NCBI GenBank assembly: GCA_951804945.1
Contig: OX638154.1
Location: 47,802,001-47,866,000, forward strand
Source: Podarcis cretensis
Lineage: Eukaryota
DNA length: 64,000 nt
Direction: 5' to 3'
Shown here: positions 1-16,224 of the stretch, piece by piece
How positions within the stretch are numbered: the stretch's first letter is position 1
How the letters are laid out: each line of letters begins with the position of its first letter
Position numbers and translations under genes: made by a program
Notes under the pieces: model-generated
Seen by the model: only the letters and a program-made list of their open reading frames with translations
The model's database searches: none
Told to the model about the DNA's origin: nothing

Positions 1-1345
1 GTGAAGGGAGAATTGCCCAAGGTCACTAATTTATGTAACAAATGGTCTTTTTAATTTTCAATTAAACTTTTTTGTTTTATTTCCAAGCAAGATTGTTACA
101 AGCTATTGTTACACTGTTGAAGATGTTAAAACAGGCTTGTAGCACAATCTTATACATGCTTACTCAAAAGTAAGCCCCATTATGTTCAAAGGGGCTTTCT
201 GGAAAGTGTGCATAGTTTTTCAGCCTTAGAACTGTATCAAGGAAGCTTTTATCATTTCTGATCCAGTTATTTTATTTAAACAGCCATTTAACCTCTCACG
301 AAAGTGCCTACAGCAACGTTTTTCAAAAGCTGCCCTACTTGTGCTGTCCACAAGGCAAGGTGGTCTTTTTAGAAATATTTAATTAGAAAAATATAGGGTG
401 ATTTATAGACAGGTGTCAACATTGAAAGAAACTCCAGCATGAAAATTCTTGGAGAATACTTCCAGTATTAAATTCAAAAATTTGGGTAAGCTAAGTTTGC
501 CATTCTCACATGTGTGTAAGAGCCATTCCCACAAATGCACTGAATGTTGATAGAAAATTGAACCACTTTTACAGCTGGTTTGATGTGCTTGTCCTTTGCA
601 GAAACTACTTACCTGTGATGGTGGTGGTAATTTTTGATAAAATCTCTAACCTAGGAATTTTCAGAGTAGCTGCTTAGAAGATTACAATTTCATACAGTAG
701 CCATGTTTGCTGCAGCTACATTGGTGTTTCCAAAAGAAAGTGCTGAAAGTCAGATACACGTTTCTAGACATTCAGGGATGCATGCTGAGCCCACAATGGC
801 TATAACAACATGATCATGTCTGCTGCATGTTCACGGAACATATAGCTGCCCTTCACATTTTACATTTGCTGCAGCAGACACACTAGTATAGGCAAAAACA
901 AAGACAACTGCCACAGAAAATGAGAGGTAACTCTTAGGATTCCAAAAACAAAGAAATTAAAAAGTGAGGCAACCCCAATGAACTTGAAGGATGCCCATTG
1001 CAAACAAAGTCAAACCTGACTTGAAAGATTACACTTACTCCAAATTATAACTAAACATTCAGAGAGCCAATATAAGGCACTAAAAGCTTTTCACAAATAA
1101 TAGGTTGCTTTCCCAAAGAAACAATGTATTTATATCTGATGCAAAATAATAATAAAAAAGTATTATATAGCATTGTCCAACTAGGAATATTGGACTAATG
1201 GGATATTTCTATTCTGGGGTGATTTACTTCCTCTTCCGTTATCTGTAATTAAAAAGGCACAAAAACAGGTTTCTCCTTTTTTATTTTGTTCAATATTCTG
1301 TGTTTACATTATCATACCTTTAAATAAAAAATTTTTAAATACTTT
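1..1345 (+). other. Possible 3' UTR end of the convergent upstream neighbour (KCTD20 by synteny), AATAAA near 1150 and 1323
   Basis: Plus-strand AATAAA hexamers with U/GU-rich downstream sequence; identity inferred only from the human gene order KCTD20(+)/STK38(-). Confidence 0.3.
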
Positions 1346-2224
1346 TCTGGTAGTTGTTTACGTCCTGAATCTTAGTTTTCAAGGAGTTGCCTTTTATCTG
1401 CTGCGTTATGTTTCTAATCCCGTGTCATCTCTTTGGTGGCTGTTTTTCTAGTCATCTTGAATATGGTCTGGAAAATCCTTTTCTTTGCATTACCTTGATG
1501 CTAAAGAACAGTGTGGCCCTACCTGTACTCTCCGGAGGGAGCCACACTGGCCCCAGCCCCCACCTGTGTGTACACATGGTATAAAGAATGTCTATAGCCA
1601 CATCCGGTGTAACAGGAAACACCTGGTGCCTCCACTAACTCTTTTAACACACGTGAAGCAACCCTGAAGATATTTCATGTTAGAACAAAAGTTTGCAAAA
1701 CGCATGCCTGAGAAGGAGGATGCTCATAGGCGCTCTCAAGCATAACGAAAAGGGTTTTTGAGACACTTTCTTTTGAGAGACAGGCCTCATCTACAGTTCC
1801 CCATCCTATCCCTCCCAGTAATCGCCCAGTGCTCTGTATCCCTTTCTATTCTGCTTCCCTTGCCTAAGTTGTGCTATTTCCAAAACTTAAATTCAAAAAC
1901 TCAGCAACTGGAATTGGGTTTTCCCCCTCCCCCCTTTATTTTCCCTTTTATACAGGTGCTGTTTCTCTTTTCATTTTTCTCTTATGTACGTCTCACCATG
2001 TTTAGTGTACATATAATTATGTACCGTACTTTTACAACTTTCAATGAAGATGTCGGGGGGGGGGGGGATTCAGCGACTGGAATAAGTGAACATGTGTATT
2101 GCTCATTATTCACTCTTATTTCACCTAATCAACACACTTAGCAAATGCATCCAGGCACCCCCTTTGATTACCTCAGTGTCATCTGTTTGCGAACAAGAAG
2201 CTTTTCAGTTCAAATAACTCAAAA

Positions 2225-5200
2225 AACATTAGCAAAACTACATTTATTGAGGAAGTATTTTAAACAGCTCAGAATGCAAAGACACTTCCATAAAAATTGG
2301 TCTTCACACAAAACCCCAGAATCATGTACAAAGTATATGAAATTTTACACTGCAAGTAGTTACAGCTGTATGCAGATACAAAATCAATTTTAATCGGCCA
2401 TAAGGCGGAACCCAGGCACATTGGTTAAGCAGTACCTAAGTGCAATACTCTGCTAATAATCACACACAACTGGCAGCATTGCTCATCTTAAGTCTCAGCC
2501 AGGAATTTTCTCCTGTACCCAGACACGCCAAAAATGTAGTATTTTGCAGCTTTCTGTTGTGCCAGAGAGACATCAGCGTTACTAAATACCTCAGTAGAAC
2601 AGGAAACAGAAAAATGATACCAACTTGCATTATGAGTAAGCTGTGTAATTGTTTGGCTTCTAGATCTAAAACTGCTTTCGAAGAAGAAATGTGCCACCCC
2701 GGAAAGGCGACAGTTTCTCTAGAATTTACTATGGGCTGCTGCAGGGTGACAAGAGCTAGGAACATGAGATTGGCAGCCACCTGTGGATTGTGCACTCCCT
2801 GCCACATTAATTGTGGTTAAGCATTGGCATTAAGCATTGACACTTACAATGGTCATTAAGGCTTATTGGGATTCCTGTTTAACCAGGATTTAAATACGGG
2901 TTTCAGATCTTGGTTAAATGAGAACCTTAATTCTCTAAATTAGTGCCAACAGACTACTTAACTGATTAAAGAGGACATTTACTGCAGTGACACCATGCGG
3001 AAGCTCTCTAAAAAAATTGTTAAAAGGAAGCCAGCATTATTTGCAACAGCCAATATATGATCTTCTCAGTTAATACTCCTGTTTTAGTGTTCTTGTGTGT
3101 TATTTTAAAAAAGCAAAACCATAGGAACCCAAGTTATAATGTTGCTATGAGAGGGCAGCATTGATTTTAACCCCCCCCCAAAAGAAAATGGTTCACAGAC
3201 TGATGTTCCAAGTTCCCAAATGCTTAATTCTCATTTCCATAAGCTTGTTGATGCATAATGTCCTTATTTGTGGGGAGCCTTCATTCACTGCACTGGCAGT
3301 GTTAATTAAGCACACTGGGTGACCTCTGGCAACTCAACTATGCTCTTGGCTGCGGCAGAGACTACAGGAACAAGGATTCGACCTCAGTTATAACAATATG
3401 CTATATTCATTCTCACTACAATACACAAAGTAAATCTTTCAAAAATTCCCAACAGTAGAAGACAGAAAATTACACCTTGTACTGCAATTCAATTTACTCA
3501 CGTACACACAATGCTTGCACTCATCTGTCACACTGTGGCACAGAGATGCTTTGCTAAATGGTCATAATGCAAAAGGAAACATCAAAGAGGCATGCAAGAA
3601 TCTTGTTTTCTTCCCTTTTGTGCAAGTTATTGGCTGGGCAGCTCTCTAGGCAATCAGGTTTTCCTGAGACCTTCTACAGCTTTTTTCTTAAAAAAGGCTC
3701 TTAAAGCACCAGTTATGTATGCTACATATTTTCAACATTCAGCAAGCACCAGAAATTTAACTTTAAACCCATCATTATCTAACCAGTAAGCAAAACTCTA
3801 GCCCCACCATGTGTAGGACACGTCATTGGAGCGCAGTAATAATTACAAACTAGGCACAGAGGATATATTAAAGCAGGAATAAGAGTTACCTCCCTATAGC
3901 CTCTCCCTAGATACATTTTGTGGACAAAGCCTAAATGCAAAATATTTCATCAGTGACCTTCTCACTGAAGCTTCTGTGCATTGCCACATCTAGAAAACTA
4001 GTTAAGGACCAGGATCTATCTGGATTTATAGGAGTACTAGGAAAGATAGGAAACACTCATGGTATGATGATTGGGGGGGGGAGGGGGGGTTCCAAACCAG
4101 TACATAAGACTGCCTACCGGTGAAGGGCATGTGTAACAGTGCAGATTGGAGAACAACCACTATTAAAACAGTTTTTAATGTTTTAACACATTAATCCCTC
4201 CAATTAATTTGCTAAAACTCCGATCTGGATCTGATAAGGACAGATGAACCATCAGAGGACAAGTGAACTACTGCATAATTATGCACATTCAGTGAAAATG
4301 ACTAAGACACCTGTTATTGAAATATTGCAGGCTTCATCAGATCTTCTAAAGGCAGAGACAACAATAATATTTGACGACTGTCTCCTAAATTACAACTGAA
4401 TCCTGATCTCTACCTTTGTACAAGAACAAAGGACTTCAACTTCTTTCAGCCTTTTTGGGCATCAGAGCACCTTACTAAAGGAAAGCTTAATGTTTTTACT
4501 AAATCGCCCGGTTACATAGCCTGATGTACAAGGACCATCCCAAGCCATCATGTTTAGGTGTTCTCCTCTGGCTTTCCTATCTTCATTTTGGCTCCAGATG
4601 CACTAGGTCTCCTCCTGTACTGTTACCTGCCCCCATCCTCAGTCTGGAGCTTAACATTATCTTGAACAATTGATTTCAAAGATTGTTATCTGAACAATAT
4701 GGTGAACTACATGAGATACACCAAATGATGGCAGTCTCATGTATCATGCAGAGCCTGAGAGGGCAGGGGTCCACCTTAAGAATCTGAAGAACACTCAGAG
4801 GGTCAGTGCCACCTAATGGCAACAGCCCAAGAAGTAGAACTGCACTATGTAGATCCTTTGAACAACCAGTCACTATGATCCCATTACTTCCTGTAGAGCA
4901 CTCCTAGGTTATCCCAAAAGGCACTTCAGGGCTCTCTGCGTCCAAGCTTCAGAAAGATAAAGCTCCAAAGTATATTACGCCACTAGCTAAACACTTACAT
5001 TTTACAATTCTCTGCTTGCAGCAACTTCCTAAGCTTTCATTAATCAAAGTCTTGAGAGTGAGAAGTAGGGAAAGAATCTGAAAAAGCAGGGCTCCTTTCA
5101 CAGTATTAACTATGGTATCCTAATAATGCTATTAACAGTGATTTCTTTCTTACTACCAAGTAGAATGCAGTTACATAAATCTCACAAGGAATCATCTTTA

Positions 5201-5860
5201 GCTCTCTTGACAATGCTTGTAAAAAAGCGTAACATTCCCCAAATCTGAAGTTTAGAAGGGGGGAAAAGCTCAATACTTTAGGATTACTATTTTAGTACCA
5301 ACAGTAAAGTGCAGCAGCTTTTGAGGCCATTGTTGGGTTGAAAAAATTGCTATCCAAAAGGCTTTTGAACTAAGTATACAACACACTAGTGACAATTAAG
5401 GCAATACAGGTTTTGCCCTCCTATAGGATAAGCTTCTGAGAATTTGGTCTACCTCATACTAGTTATTGCTCTGTTTCCTTAGCCCTTAGAATTGTGCTGT
5501 ACCTTTGCACAGCACTTGCAAAACAGAAGATACAAAAAAACCCAAACCACAATTATGTTATACTCTACAATGTAAATAAAAGCTTGCACTCTCCTTCTTG
5601 AAGTAACAGTCTTAGGAATTTTAACTAAAGCGAGAATAACCTATTTCTGCAATAAAATCTGCAAAGGCAGGCTCATAAGTGCCATTTGTGGAAGTTTTCA
5701 ATGCATAAATCCATTTAAATGTAAACACTGTGCATAATGATGTTATTTTGCACTCTTCTCAAGAGTTCACAGGCCTCAGATAATGTTTATGAAGCATAGG
5801 AGAAAAAACTTGTGCTGACAGGAAAGAATGAAGGTTCAGGAATAGTTTTGTTGTGAGTCA
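2225..5860 (-). other. STK38: Probable STK38 3' UTR ending at a polyA signal (AATAAA on minus strand, 2248-2243)
   Basis: Repeat-poor AT-rich sequence downstream of the stop codon; TCAATAAATG followed by a U-rich tract; the true 3' end cannot be verified from sequence. Confidence 0.5.
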
Positions 5861-5991
5861 CTACTTTCCTGCTTTCATGTATGAAGGTATTGCTCCTCGA
5901 GCTGTCAGGCCTTCAAATCGCTTGTAGGTATAATTTATAAAGACCCAGTCTTTGTTCTTGTAGTCTGTCTCTGGATGGTTGCTTGTGGTCA
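5861..5991 (-). CDS. STK38: STK38 last coding exon, stop TAG at 5863-5861
   Basis: TTSNHPETDYKNKDWVFINYTYKRFEGLTARGAIPSYMKAGK* (hydrophobic motif FINYTY); the 13 exons sum to 1398 nt = 465 aa. Confidence 0.97.
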
Positions 5992-6736
5992 CTGATTTTA
6001 AAAAAGAATATAGAGGTATTACGTTATTAATAATAACTAAGGAGTTTAAGAGAACACAACTTTGCATTAAAAACGTTTTAGGAAAACCCTGGACTCCTTC
6101 AGTTTATTTTAAAAGTGCAAAAAGTTTCAGTTAGAATTACAGACAGCCAAATGTAAAGACACCTCAAAGTAGCCTCTACAAATCTATTCTGCAATCTGCA
6201 GCCAAGTCATCATTCTCCATGCTACTGAAAGCCCTGAACATGTCTAGCATATGCTAAAGTGGCAAAGAAAGTTAGGGAAAGAACCTACTTTGAGAAGCTT
6301 CCTCTCAAAGACAATTTTATTCATTAAAATATTTTGCTCTGGGTTAAACCAAACCTGTGACACTTTCATGTCACTTTTGTAAGTTTTTCCAGATTTGTAT
6401 TACCAGAGAATGCTTCAAAATTATCAATAAAGAGGGAAAAAATTATTTAACAATACCAGAAGCAGAAAAAAGCCCAAAATTAAATTAGGTCACTAGACAT
6501 TTTTGGCCACAATGTAACACAGAGTTAACCATGAGTACATGCAGTTAACTGTGATGGCTTACCTGGCTATATTGGATTTTGGACTGTGCTTCTAACATTA
6601 GACAAAACCCTTTCAGCAGGTCAAGCTCAAACATAATGGAAGTGAGAGCATGAGGATTTGCAAAACTGAGCCTGTAGTAGACTATGAACTATTTTATATA
6701 CCTACTTTTGAGAGAGAGATTAAAGCTAAAACTCTA

Positions 6737-6889
<153 letters not shown>

Positions 6890-6899
6890 TTAGAGTTTA

Positions 6900-7244
<345 letters not shown>

Positions 7245-7752
7245 CTAGAGCAGGTCTCCATATATTGGAAGAAAAAAACCTTAGTATCTGTGTGGGGTTA
7301 ATGAGCATTGTTTTTAAAGCCATTTCACATTATTTCCCCGTCCTCCAAAACACTGGGAGCAGTGCAATAGCTGCATTACTCTGATTTTCCTCCAGGCATC
7401 TGGTCATAAGGTACCATGTTCCCCTTCCTAAGCCCTCTGTGCATTACTGAGAAGTTGTGAGGCTCCAGAACATTTTTATGCCATATTAATCAATTCTGTG
7501 TCTCTTCCAGTGAGATATGGACTGCTTAATACCACTTGTTATGATACATGTTTCCCCAATGTTTCATTATCTGGCAATGTAATAAATTGCAAGAATGTCA
7601 ATGCTTTGTTCCTTTTTTTCCTGTTCTGTTTAACATGCTTCTGCTTCCAGGCATATCAAGCAGAATACTCTCTTTTGAATTTCTGTGCAACACAAGAGTT
7701 CAGACACTCACTTAATATTTTCCAGTGCACAGAACATTAGGAGCTAGGGAAA

Positions 7753-7878
7753 AGGTACCCCTGCCCGTACGGGCCAGTCTTGACAGACTCTGGGGTTGTG
7801 CGCCCATCTCACTTAAGAGGCCAGGGGCCAGCGCTGTCCGGAGACACTTCCGGGTCACGTGGCCAGCGTGACATCGCT
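7753..7878 (-). mobile_element. 5'-truncated young Sauria SINE
   Basis: Matches the 3' part of the full-length copies; flanked by direct repeat GAGCTAGGGAAA (7741-7752 and 7879-7890). Confidence 0.9.
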
Positions 7879-8373
7879 GAGCTAGGGAAAGGTTGCCTCT
7901 AAAACTCGGATTCAAGGAAGTTTAGAATCTGCACAAGTCTCTCTCGCTCTACCCTGATTTTTGCTGGAGGTTCAACATAAGGGAGAATGACCATCCTCTT
8001 CTGCAACATACACAATACATTAAGGGAATAAATTTCTCGCTTTATGCAGCTGGCCAAGGAAGCTGGAGGCAGCACAGGAGAGGTTCCCACATTCCTGAAA
8101 ACCCACCATGAAGTAGCAATGGTGCTGTGGATGCTGAGGGGTTCCTTGCAGGTACCTAGGCTAAAGCATTTGCCCAAGTTATGTGCTCTCTGGGGCAGGC
8201 AACTGTTGCAAGTGCTTACAAAAAGGAATAAAGTTAAGAAGCAGTATGAAATAAGGAGAGAGCAGGGATGAAATAAGGAGAGAGCCTAAGCAAAACTAAT
8301 ACTCCTGAATGATAGTGTGCTACCTACACAATTTTTAAAATATGGAAGCCTAACTCTTATTTTTGTAAGATCA

Positions 8374-8604
<231 letters not shown>

Positions 8605-8742
8605 TTAATGAAGTCCATGTGCAGCTATCATCTTCTACCTTCTTAAATTTATTTTAAGGTCAAGCACCACAATTGTATATAAAAATCCAGCTAAAAGTAG
8701 CCAAGCAGAAGAAAAGCAGTATTATATATAACATATTATTTA

Positions 8743-9129
<387 letters not shown>

Positions 9130-9151
9130 TTATTATTTGAGCGATCTAAAC

Positions 9152-9766
9152 CAAGGATGGGGAACCTCTAGCCCATAGCTGTCAACGTCTCCCTTTTTTA
9201 AAGGGAAAGTTCCTTATTCCGAATAGGATTCCTTGCAAGAAAAGGGAAAAGTTGACAGCTATGCTCTCGCCTGCAGGCCAAATGTGTTTCTCCCCCCACC
9301 CAGGTCTCCCCATTTGGCCTGCCAGGCTGTTTTGGGAAAGTCAAAATTATATAAAATGTCAGCTGTGAGGCGAGTAAGGGTGGGCCTTCAAAGGAGCTTA
9401 AAGTGAGCTCTCAATTGTTCCTTTTTATGACGCAAGGAGTGCTCCCAACCAAATGCATCTTGCTCAAGTTGGAGGAAGCAGTGCTACTCTTTGCAAGCCT
9501 CCCCATACTCCCCCTTTGAACCCCTGACATCTGGAGTATAAAACAGTCATGTGGCTTTTAAGCCTCCCTTAAAAAACCCTCCAACATCACTTGGGAACTC
9601 TGAACAAGTAATTTTGACAGGAGGGAGACACAACTTGCCTATCAATCGTGTGCCATAGTGATGACATGTGACTGACAGTTGGGCGATCCCACCTGCCAAA
9701 TTTGGCCTGCAAAATAAATCCTGATAAAGATCAGGCTTGTGGAGCCAAAACGTTTCTCTACCCCTG
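9152..9766. mobile_element. hAT-type MITE with a nested 90-bp MITE at 9174-9263
   Basis: Outer 8-bp TSD ATCTAAAC/ATCTAAGC; inner 13-bp TIR CATAGCTGTCAAC with TSD CTCTAGCC/CTCTCGCC. Confidence 0.75.
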
Positions 9767-9943
9767 ATCTAAGCCTTCAATTACAACTCTATGGTTCTAT
9801 TTCCCTAGATGAGAACAAGTGGCAGAGACGAAACAAGTATGCATTACATACTGATTTCTCTGCAGGATCTTCAAGGTCTTAAACACAAACTATGACATGA
9901 TCTCTACACAGAGGGAAGAATCTCTAGACAGAGCAATACCTAC

Positions 9944-10005
9944 CAGCTGCCGCCTGTTTCTTTTCCAAGTTTCTGCTTTCCTTTTGGAGTTCATATTCTG
10001 AAAAG
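9944..10005 (-). CDS. STK38: STK38 coding exon 8
   Basis: FQNMNSKRKAETWKRNRRQL (NDR autoinhibitory insert); 62 nt. Confidence 0.95.
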
Positions 10006-10719
10006 CTAAAGATAGAAAACAGGTAGTATTACCTTTGTGTTTAATGGCTCTTGTTTCAATGAAGTGTTGATGAAGCTTACATTTTTGTACAATAGTTCCC
10101 TACTTTTAACATATTCCCCTGAATCCCAGTATGCTCCCTCTCCCCACCCAATACAACCCAGAAATGTGCATGTGTGCATGAGAGGGTGAGTATGTGAAAG
10201 AGAACTAGAATAGCCCAGTAAAAATAAATAAAAGTTATATGTGACTGACAGCAAGATGAAAGTTCAGCATTCATTTGATTACATTTCCAAAAATGGCTCC
10301 ATATTTATTAAAGTGGATGTGTATTATTCCTTCTAGTTACAGACAATTTATTCTTTGGTGGCTACACTTAAAATCTTCAGTAGGTATCTATCTTGCTTTG
10401 CAATTTTGCAAAAGCAGTATTTTGAGGTCTCCCTCAGATATCATTTAGCAGCAGTCATTCCATCAAGCTGCAGCAGAGGGATGAGCCTACAGAGTCACTT
10501 CATCAAGTCCGTTGAGATTGCCAGTGACATTTGGCTCCCCCCTCAACTGTTTATATTCAAGCTGGTCATTATAAGAACTCTGTGTAATTTTAAGAACTGA
10601 TTATCAAACTTGCTTGTTTTCTTCTCCCCTCCTCGTCCCATTTATCATTTTGATTCCTGTCTTTAAGACTGCAAGCCTATCAATATTTCTGCCAGGCAAC
10701 AAGCTCAAAAGAAGTTTTA

Positions 10720-10839
<120 letters not shown>

Positions 10840-11654
10840 CTACATGTCAAGAAACAAGCACAAAGTAAGGAGATACAACTCATCCTCATTTTTAAATTTT
10901 CTTTATTTAACAAATTTTATATAACATTTTATTGTATCAAAACCTCTAAAGAGTTCAGGTACTGAATATTTGACCATGGTCTTAAAAGCCTGAACTGGCC
11001 TTGATCTTAAGACCAGGTTTCTAGAACGATAAAATGACTCTGTCTGACCAACTCATTCAGAGTCTTGGGTAATTGTGGCCAAGAGACCTTGGTGATACAT
11101 ACTGTGCATGAATGGAACCATTCACTTAAGAAATTTTGAGAACATGTACAGGAAGCAGGAGAACAACAACAAAAACTGACAACCAAAATTACATGTCATG
11201 ACTCTTCTTCAGCACCCAAAGCATGAATGCCAGGAATCCTAACTAGAACTCCATAATTTCTTTCTCTAGTCTGGGTGGTGGTATGGGAAACACATGCTAT
11301 TGAGGGTTTCGGATTTGATGTAGGTACCTTCTTCTGGCTCATGCATGACATACCACACATTACTGTGGCAACAAGGTCTCTGAGCAGGTCCTTTTTATGC
11401 ATCTAAGCCATTTCCATCCCTGGGGTTTCCAAAGTAAATTAACACAGCAGTAATAAAATAATATTAGATCTCTGCCTTGTGTGTTTATTTATATTGTTTT
11501 CACACCTATGTTTATTACAGAATCATAAAATTGCAGAGTTGGAAGAGAACCAAAGGATCATCTAGTTCAACCCCATTTTTAATTGTATGATTGGAAATCG
11601 CCATGTGATATCTGAAAAAGGGGATTAATAAATTAATAATAATAAATATTTTTA

Positions 11655-11999
<345 letters not shown>

Positions 12000-12584
12000 T
12001 TAAATAGCTACTTAGTCTATTTTCTTTCCTACACAGGCAAGAAAATAGCATCATAGACAGAATTACATTATGTCCTGGAAAATCTGCATGATTTACTCCT
12101 TGCAATTGCTGGTAAAGGATTCTGAAATGGCCAAAAGTAGATGTCCATTCCATCATAAATATAGCAGCCTAAAATAGCAGAATGGCCTTTTGAATATGCC
12201 CTCAATTTCACCGTTTCCTTCTAACAAGTTCATGTTTCTAATTTCAGCATAAATAAATACAATTTTATCAAATTCCTGCATGAGCCAACCTCAACTTATT
12301 TCTGTCAATAACAAGTACAAATGCAAGTCTTGATATAGCTCTGAAAAGTTATTGAGCAGTAAAGTGGATAGGTCATTTGGTCAAAACAGTAATATTCTCC
12401 CTCAAAAACTCACACGAACACCCTGACCAATAAACAGTAACGAGTAAAGGTCAACCTGGAGTAGGACTCCTTCACTATCAGTGAATTTCATATGCTCAAA
12501 ACTGCCTTTCCTATAGTTTGACTATAGTCTATGGGTACATCACTTTAGATTGTGAATTGTTCAATACATGGTAATCAGTGACTA

Positions 12585-12818
<234 letters not shown>

Positions 12819-13059
12819 TCATTTTTTTTAAAAAAGAAGCAAGTTGTAATTAAAGAAATATTTACACAATATTTGCAAATGTTGTTCATAACCCAAGAGG
12901 TCCCCAAACGTAACTAATATTAAAAATAAGTTGCCATTTCAAATTGCAGAATGGTGCATGCCAGAAGCACAGGTGCTGCCCAGTCAAGTGAGTCAAGGTA
13001 CAGGCAATGGGCTGTATACCCACCCCAACTGTGAACAGGAAATAAAATTTTAAAATGAG

Positions 13060-13530
13060 CAATTCCCTCCCCTTACCAGCAGCAGCCACTTAGTTAAGTT
13101 GGGGCTGCCCTTGGAAAATATTCAGAACTTTCAGTTAATGCAGGATGCTGCTGCTAAAGATTTGACCATCACTACATTTCAGAAACATGTTACCCCTTTG
13201 CTATTCTCAGCTGCACTGGTGGTTGGTCTGTTTCTGAATGTAATTCTAGGTTAAAGCCCACAATAACTTAGGACAAGTTGTCTAAAAGCACTTTTTCTTC
13301 CCATTGAGTCTCTCTGCCCTCCGATATCTAGCAAAGCCCTTTTATGCATTCTGTTGCCTTAAGAAGTGCGTTACCACCCACTATACAAGACTGCTTTTTG
13401 TGTCATGGCACCCGGTATATTAACTCCCTGCCCAGAAAGATTAGGTTTATATCCTGTTCTGCTGGTTTCCTGTTGTTTGAAAACCTTTCTAGCAAGCCCT
13501 TGTTTTTAAGCTTCTGTGTTTTTTGGCGTT
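13060..13530 (+). mobile_element. Degenerate LINE (L2-like) 3' fragment
   Basis: GGGCTGCCCTTGGAAA..TTCAG..ATGCAG..GCTGC and CAGCTGCACTGG motifs typical of squamate L2; boundaries approximate. Confidence 0.5.
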
Positions 13531-13593
13531 TGTTGCTGCTATTTTACTGATACTGGCATTGGCCTGGTTTGTAAATTACAGTATGTCAAATTA

Positions 13594-13935
13594 TGGCTAA
13601 GTGTGAATGAGGGAGTGTGTGAGTATTGAGAGGAAAGATCATGACCCCTTTGCTCCTCTCCTGGTCCTGCTGCTGTGCTATTCAGAGCTAAGCCATAGTT
13701 TGGCTTAGGGCTATGTCCAAACCCAGGCCCACAGTTTCCAGACAAATGAGCTGCAGGCCATGTTTGTTCTTGGCTTACCACTTGTGGTTTGTGGAGTGAG
13801 ACAAACCCTGAGCAATGCTAATTCAAATTATGAATTGGCTCTGGGTAGTGTGGCAGCAGCAGGACAAGGGAAGAGCAGAGCGGCTACGATTTTTCATCCA
13901 AGTTCCCACCTACTTTCTTGTTCATGCTTAGCCAT
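13594..13935. mobile_element. Palindromic MITE-like element
   Basis: Long imperfect inverted arms (CCTGCTGCTG...CAGAGC and GCTCTG...GCAGCAGCAGG). Confidence 0.55.
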
Positions 13936-14758
13936 GGATTGACTTAGCAATGCCTTTTGAAATGAGTCATTGGTTTTTATATTTTATAAACTGTCTTTGT
14001 ATCTCTATTTTAGAAGGAGAAAATGATTATAAATCCCAAAATTATTAAATATTGCTAGTGTGAAAACACTGTATCCACCAGCGCGAGCAAAGGGTTTCTT
14101 AATTTGCAGCTGAAGCCTCTAAATAGTTAAGTGCCTTCTGACTACCTCCATGTTGCCTGCATCAAAATTAAATCAGGCATGGGATACAGACAAAAGTGCA
14201 CTTAGTCACCGAGACACATGCAAGTGGAATTTAAGTCAAAGGCTTAAACAGTTAAGGGAAGAATTCTGAATTTCATTTTCCTTCTATAGCAGCATATTTA
14301 TACCTGAACACGCATGAAAATTGATCAGGACACATGTATTCAACTTTTGATGCTCAAAACTCTTAAGACAAGACTTACAGCATGATCCCATGAAGGCTTT
14401 CTATGAACAAGTCCCAGTAAGACTTACTCTTTAATAACTGTGCATACAACTGTAGTTTTTGCATATTAAATACTAAATGCTCAATTAAATTTAGATAAAG
14501 ATGGAGAGTTGGAGATACAGGTTCAGAAACATCTCATCCACAAGCTGGAAAAACTTAAAATGAAAGTTACCACATTCCATTTGGTGAGTACAGAGTTTCT
14601 TTTTCCTAGAAGGTTCTCTTCTGCCTTCCATGCATTCCATATTTCCCCACAAAATGATAATTTAAGATATCCCATCATGAGTCTAATGGTTCCAGCAGAA
14701 AAGAAGAACTCCACATTGCCTGCACGTTCTTACTTTTGACATCTGCATTCTCTCGTTA

Positions 14759-14857
<99 letters not shown>

Positions 14858-15641
14858 CTAGAAGTTGTGCAAAAACAATGCACATATTAAAACCCATTTC
14901 AGCCATTTCTTTTAAGGCAAACAGTTACAGAAAGAAGACTTAGAGGAGCAAAGTATATAGAGCCTTCTGTACCTACCAGTGTAGTATAGCTAGTTTTCAG
15001 CTGCTATGGAGCATAACACTATCTGGCATTGAGTCAATTATTATTTTTCCTTTCTGGCTAACATTCAGTTCTACCCTTCATAATAAATTAGAGTAAGAGA
15101 TACGGGAATACATATAACTGAGACAGGCCTAGGGTACACCCAAAATATTTGGATAATGGGTATAAATAAAGCAGAATATTATTACTATAGCACTACAATG
15201 GAACAGGGCAACTTAGAAAAGGTGTAGACATAGTATATTAAGAGAGTTAAGTTTGGAAAACAACATTATACCGTTAGCCATTAGACGATTTTCAGAAAAG
15301 CCAGTAAGATACTGCTGCTGCTTAGAGCATTACCTGAATTCTGTAAATAACTACATGTAGGAAACAGGTGTTACCAGATAACTGTTAGGGAGCTCAGCAT
15401 AAAACTACACTTCATTTGGTGTTCAATGTTAACAAATCAACTTTGCCCAATTGTCCATTACCTTAAGAGGATTTTCAAATTACTAACATATTTTTCAGAA
15501 GTGTAGAAATTACCTTTATTGATGGGATACTTGCCCTGAAAGCAAACTCTGTGTATTTGCATTTAACAACAGGGTGATAAGATGAACCCACAGCTGTTTG
15601 ATGGTGTTGGAGGGTCAGAAGTTGGCTGTCTATACTTTTTA

Positions 15642-15791
<150 letters not shown>

Positions 15792-16071
15792 CTAGAAGTT
15801 GTTAAAAAATGGGGGGGGGGGATTAGTGTCATTTTCTATTAAAGAATAAATAAATCAACAGCTAGACCAGAATCATTCACAGCAAAGGCTTGTTATCTTT
15901 ACTCTGGTCTTTGATACCTAAAATGTATATTCTTAGGACCCGCCCTTCTTTTTGTGGCTGCATTCCATAACTGTATGTTTTAAAACTATTTTTAATGTTG
16001 TATTTTAAATTGTTGTGATCCATCCTGTGACCTTAGTGTAGAGGACAGATAATAACTTTAAATTATTGATG

Positions 16072-16083
16072 ATGGTGATGATG

Positions 16084-16119
<36 letters not shown>
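16072..16119. repeat. (ATG)n/(ATA)n microsatellite
   Basis: Direct reading. Confidence 0.9.
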
Positions 16120-16120
<1 letters not shown>

Positions 16121-16172
16121 AGGGGTGATGAGAAACAAGCACCAAGAAAGCATGTTTCAGCATATGCAATAC

Positions 16173-16224
16173 CTCTTCATCTTTTAAGCCTTCTTCTTCC
16201 ATAACTTTTTCTAGCTTCTTCTGT
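16173..16224 (-). CDS. STK38: STK38 coding exon 2
   Basis: QKKLEKVMEEEGLKDEE; 52 nt, AG/GT bounded, phase consistent. Confidence 0.96.
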
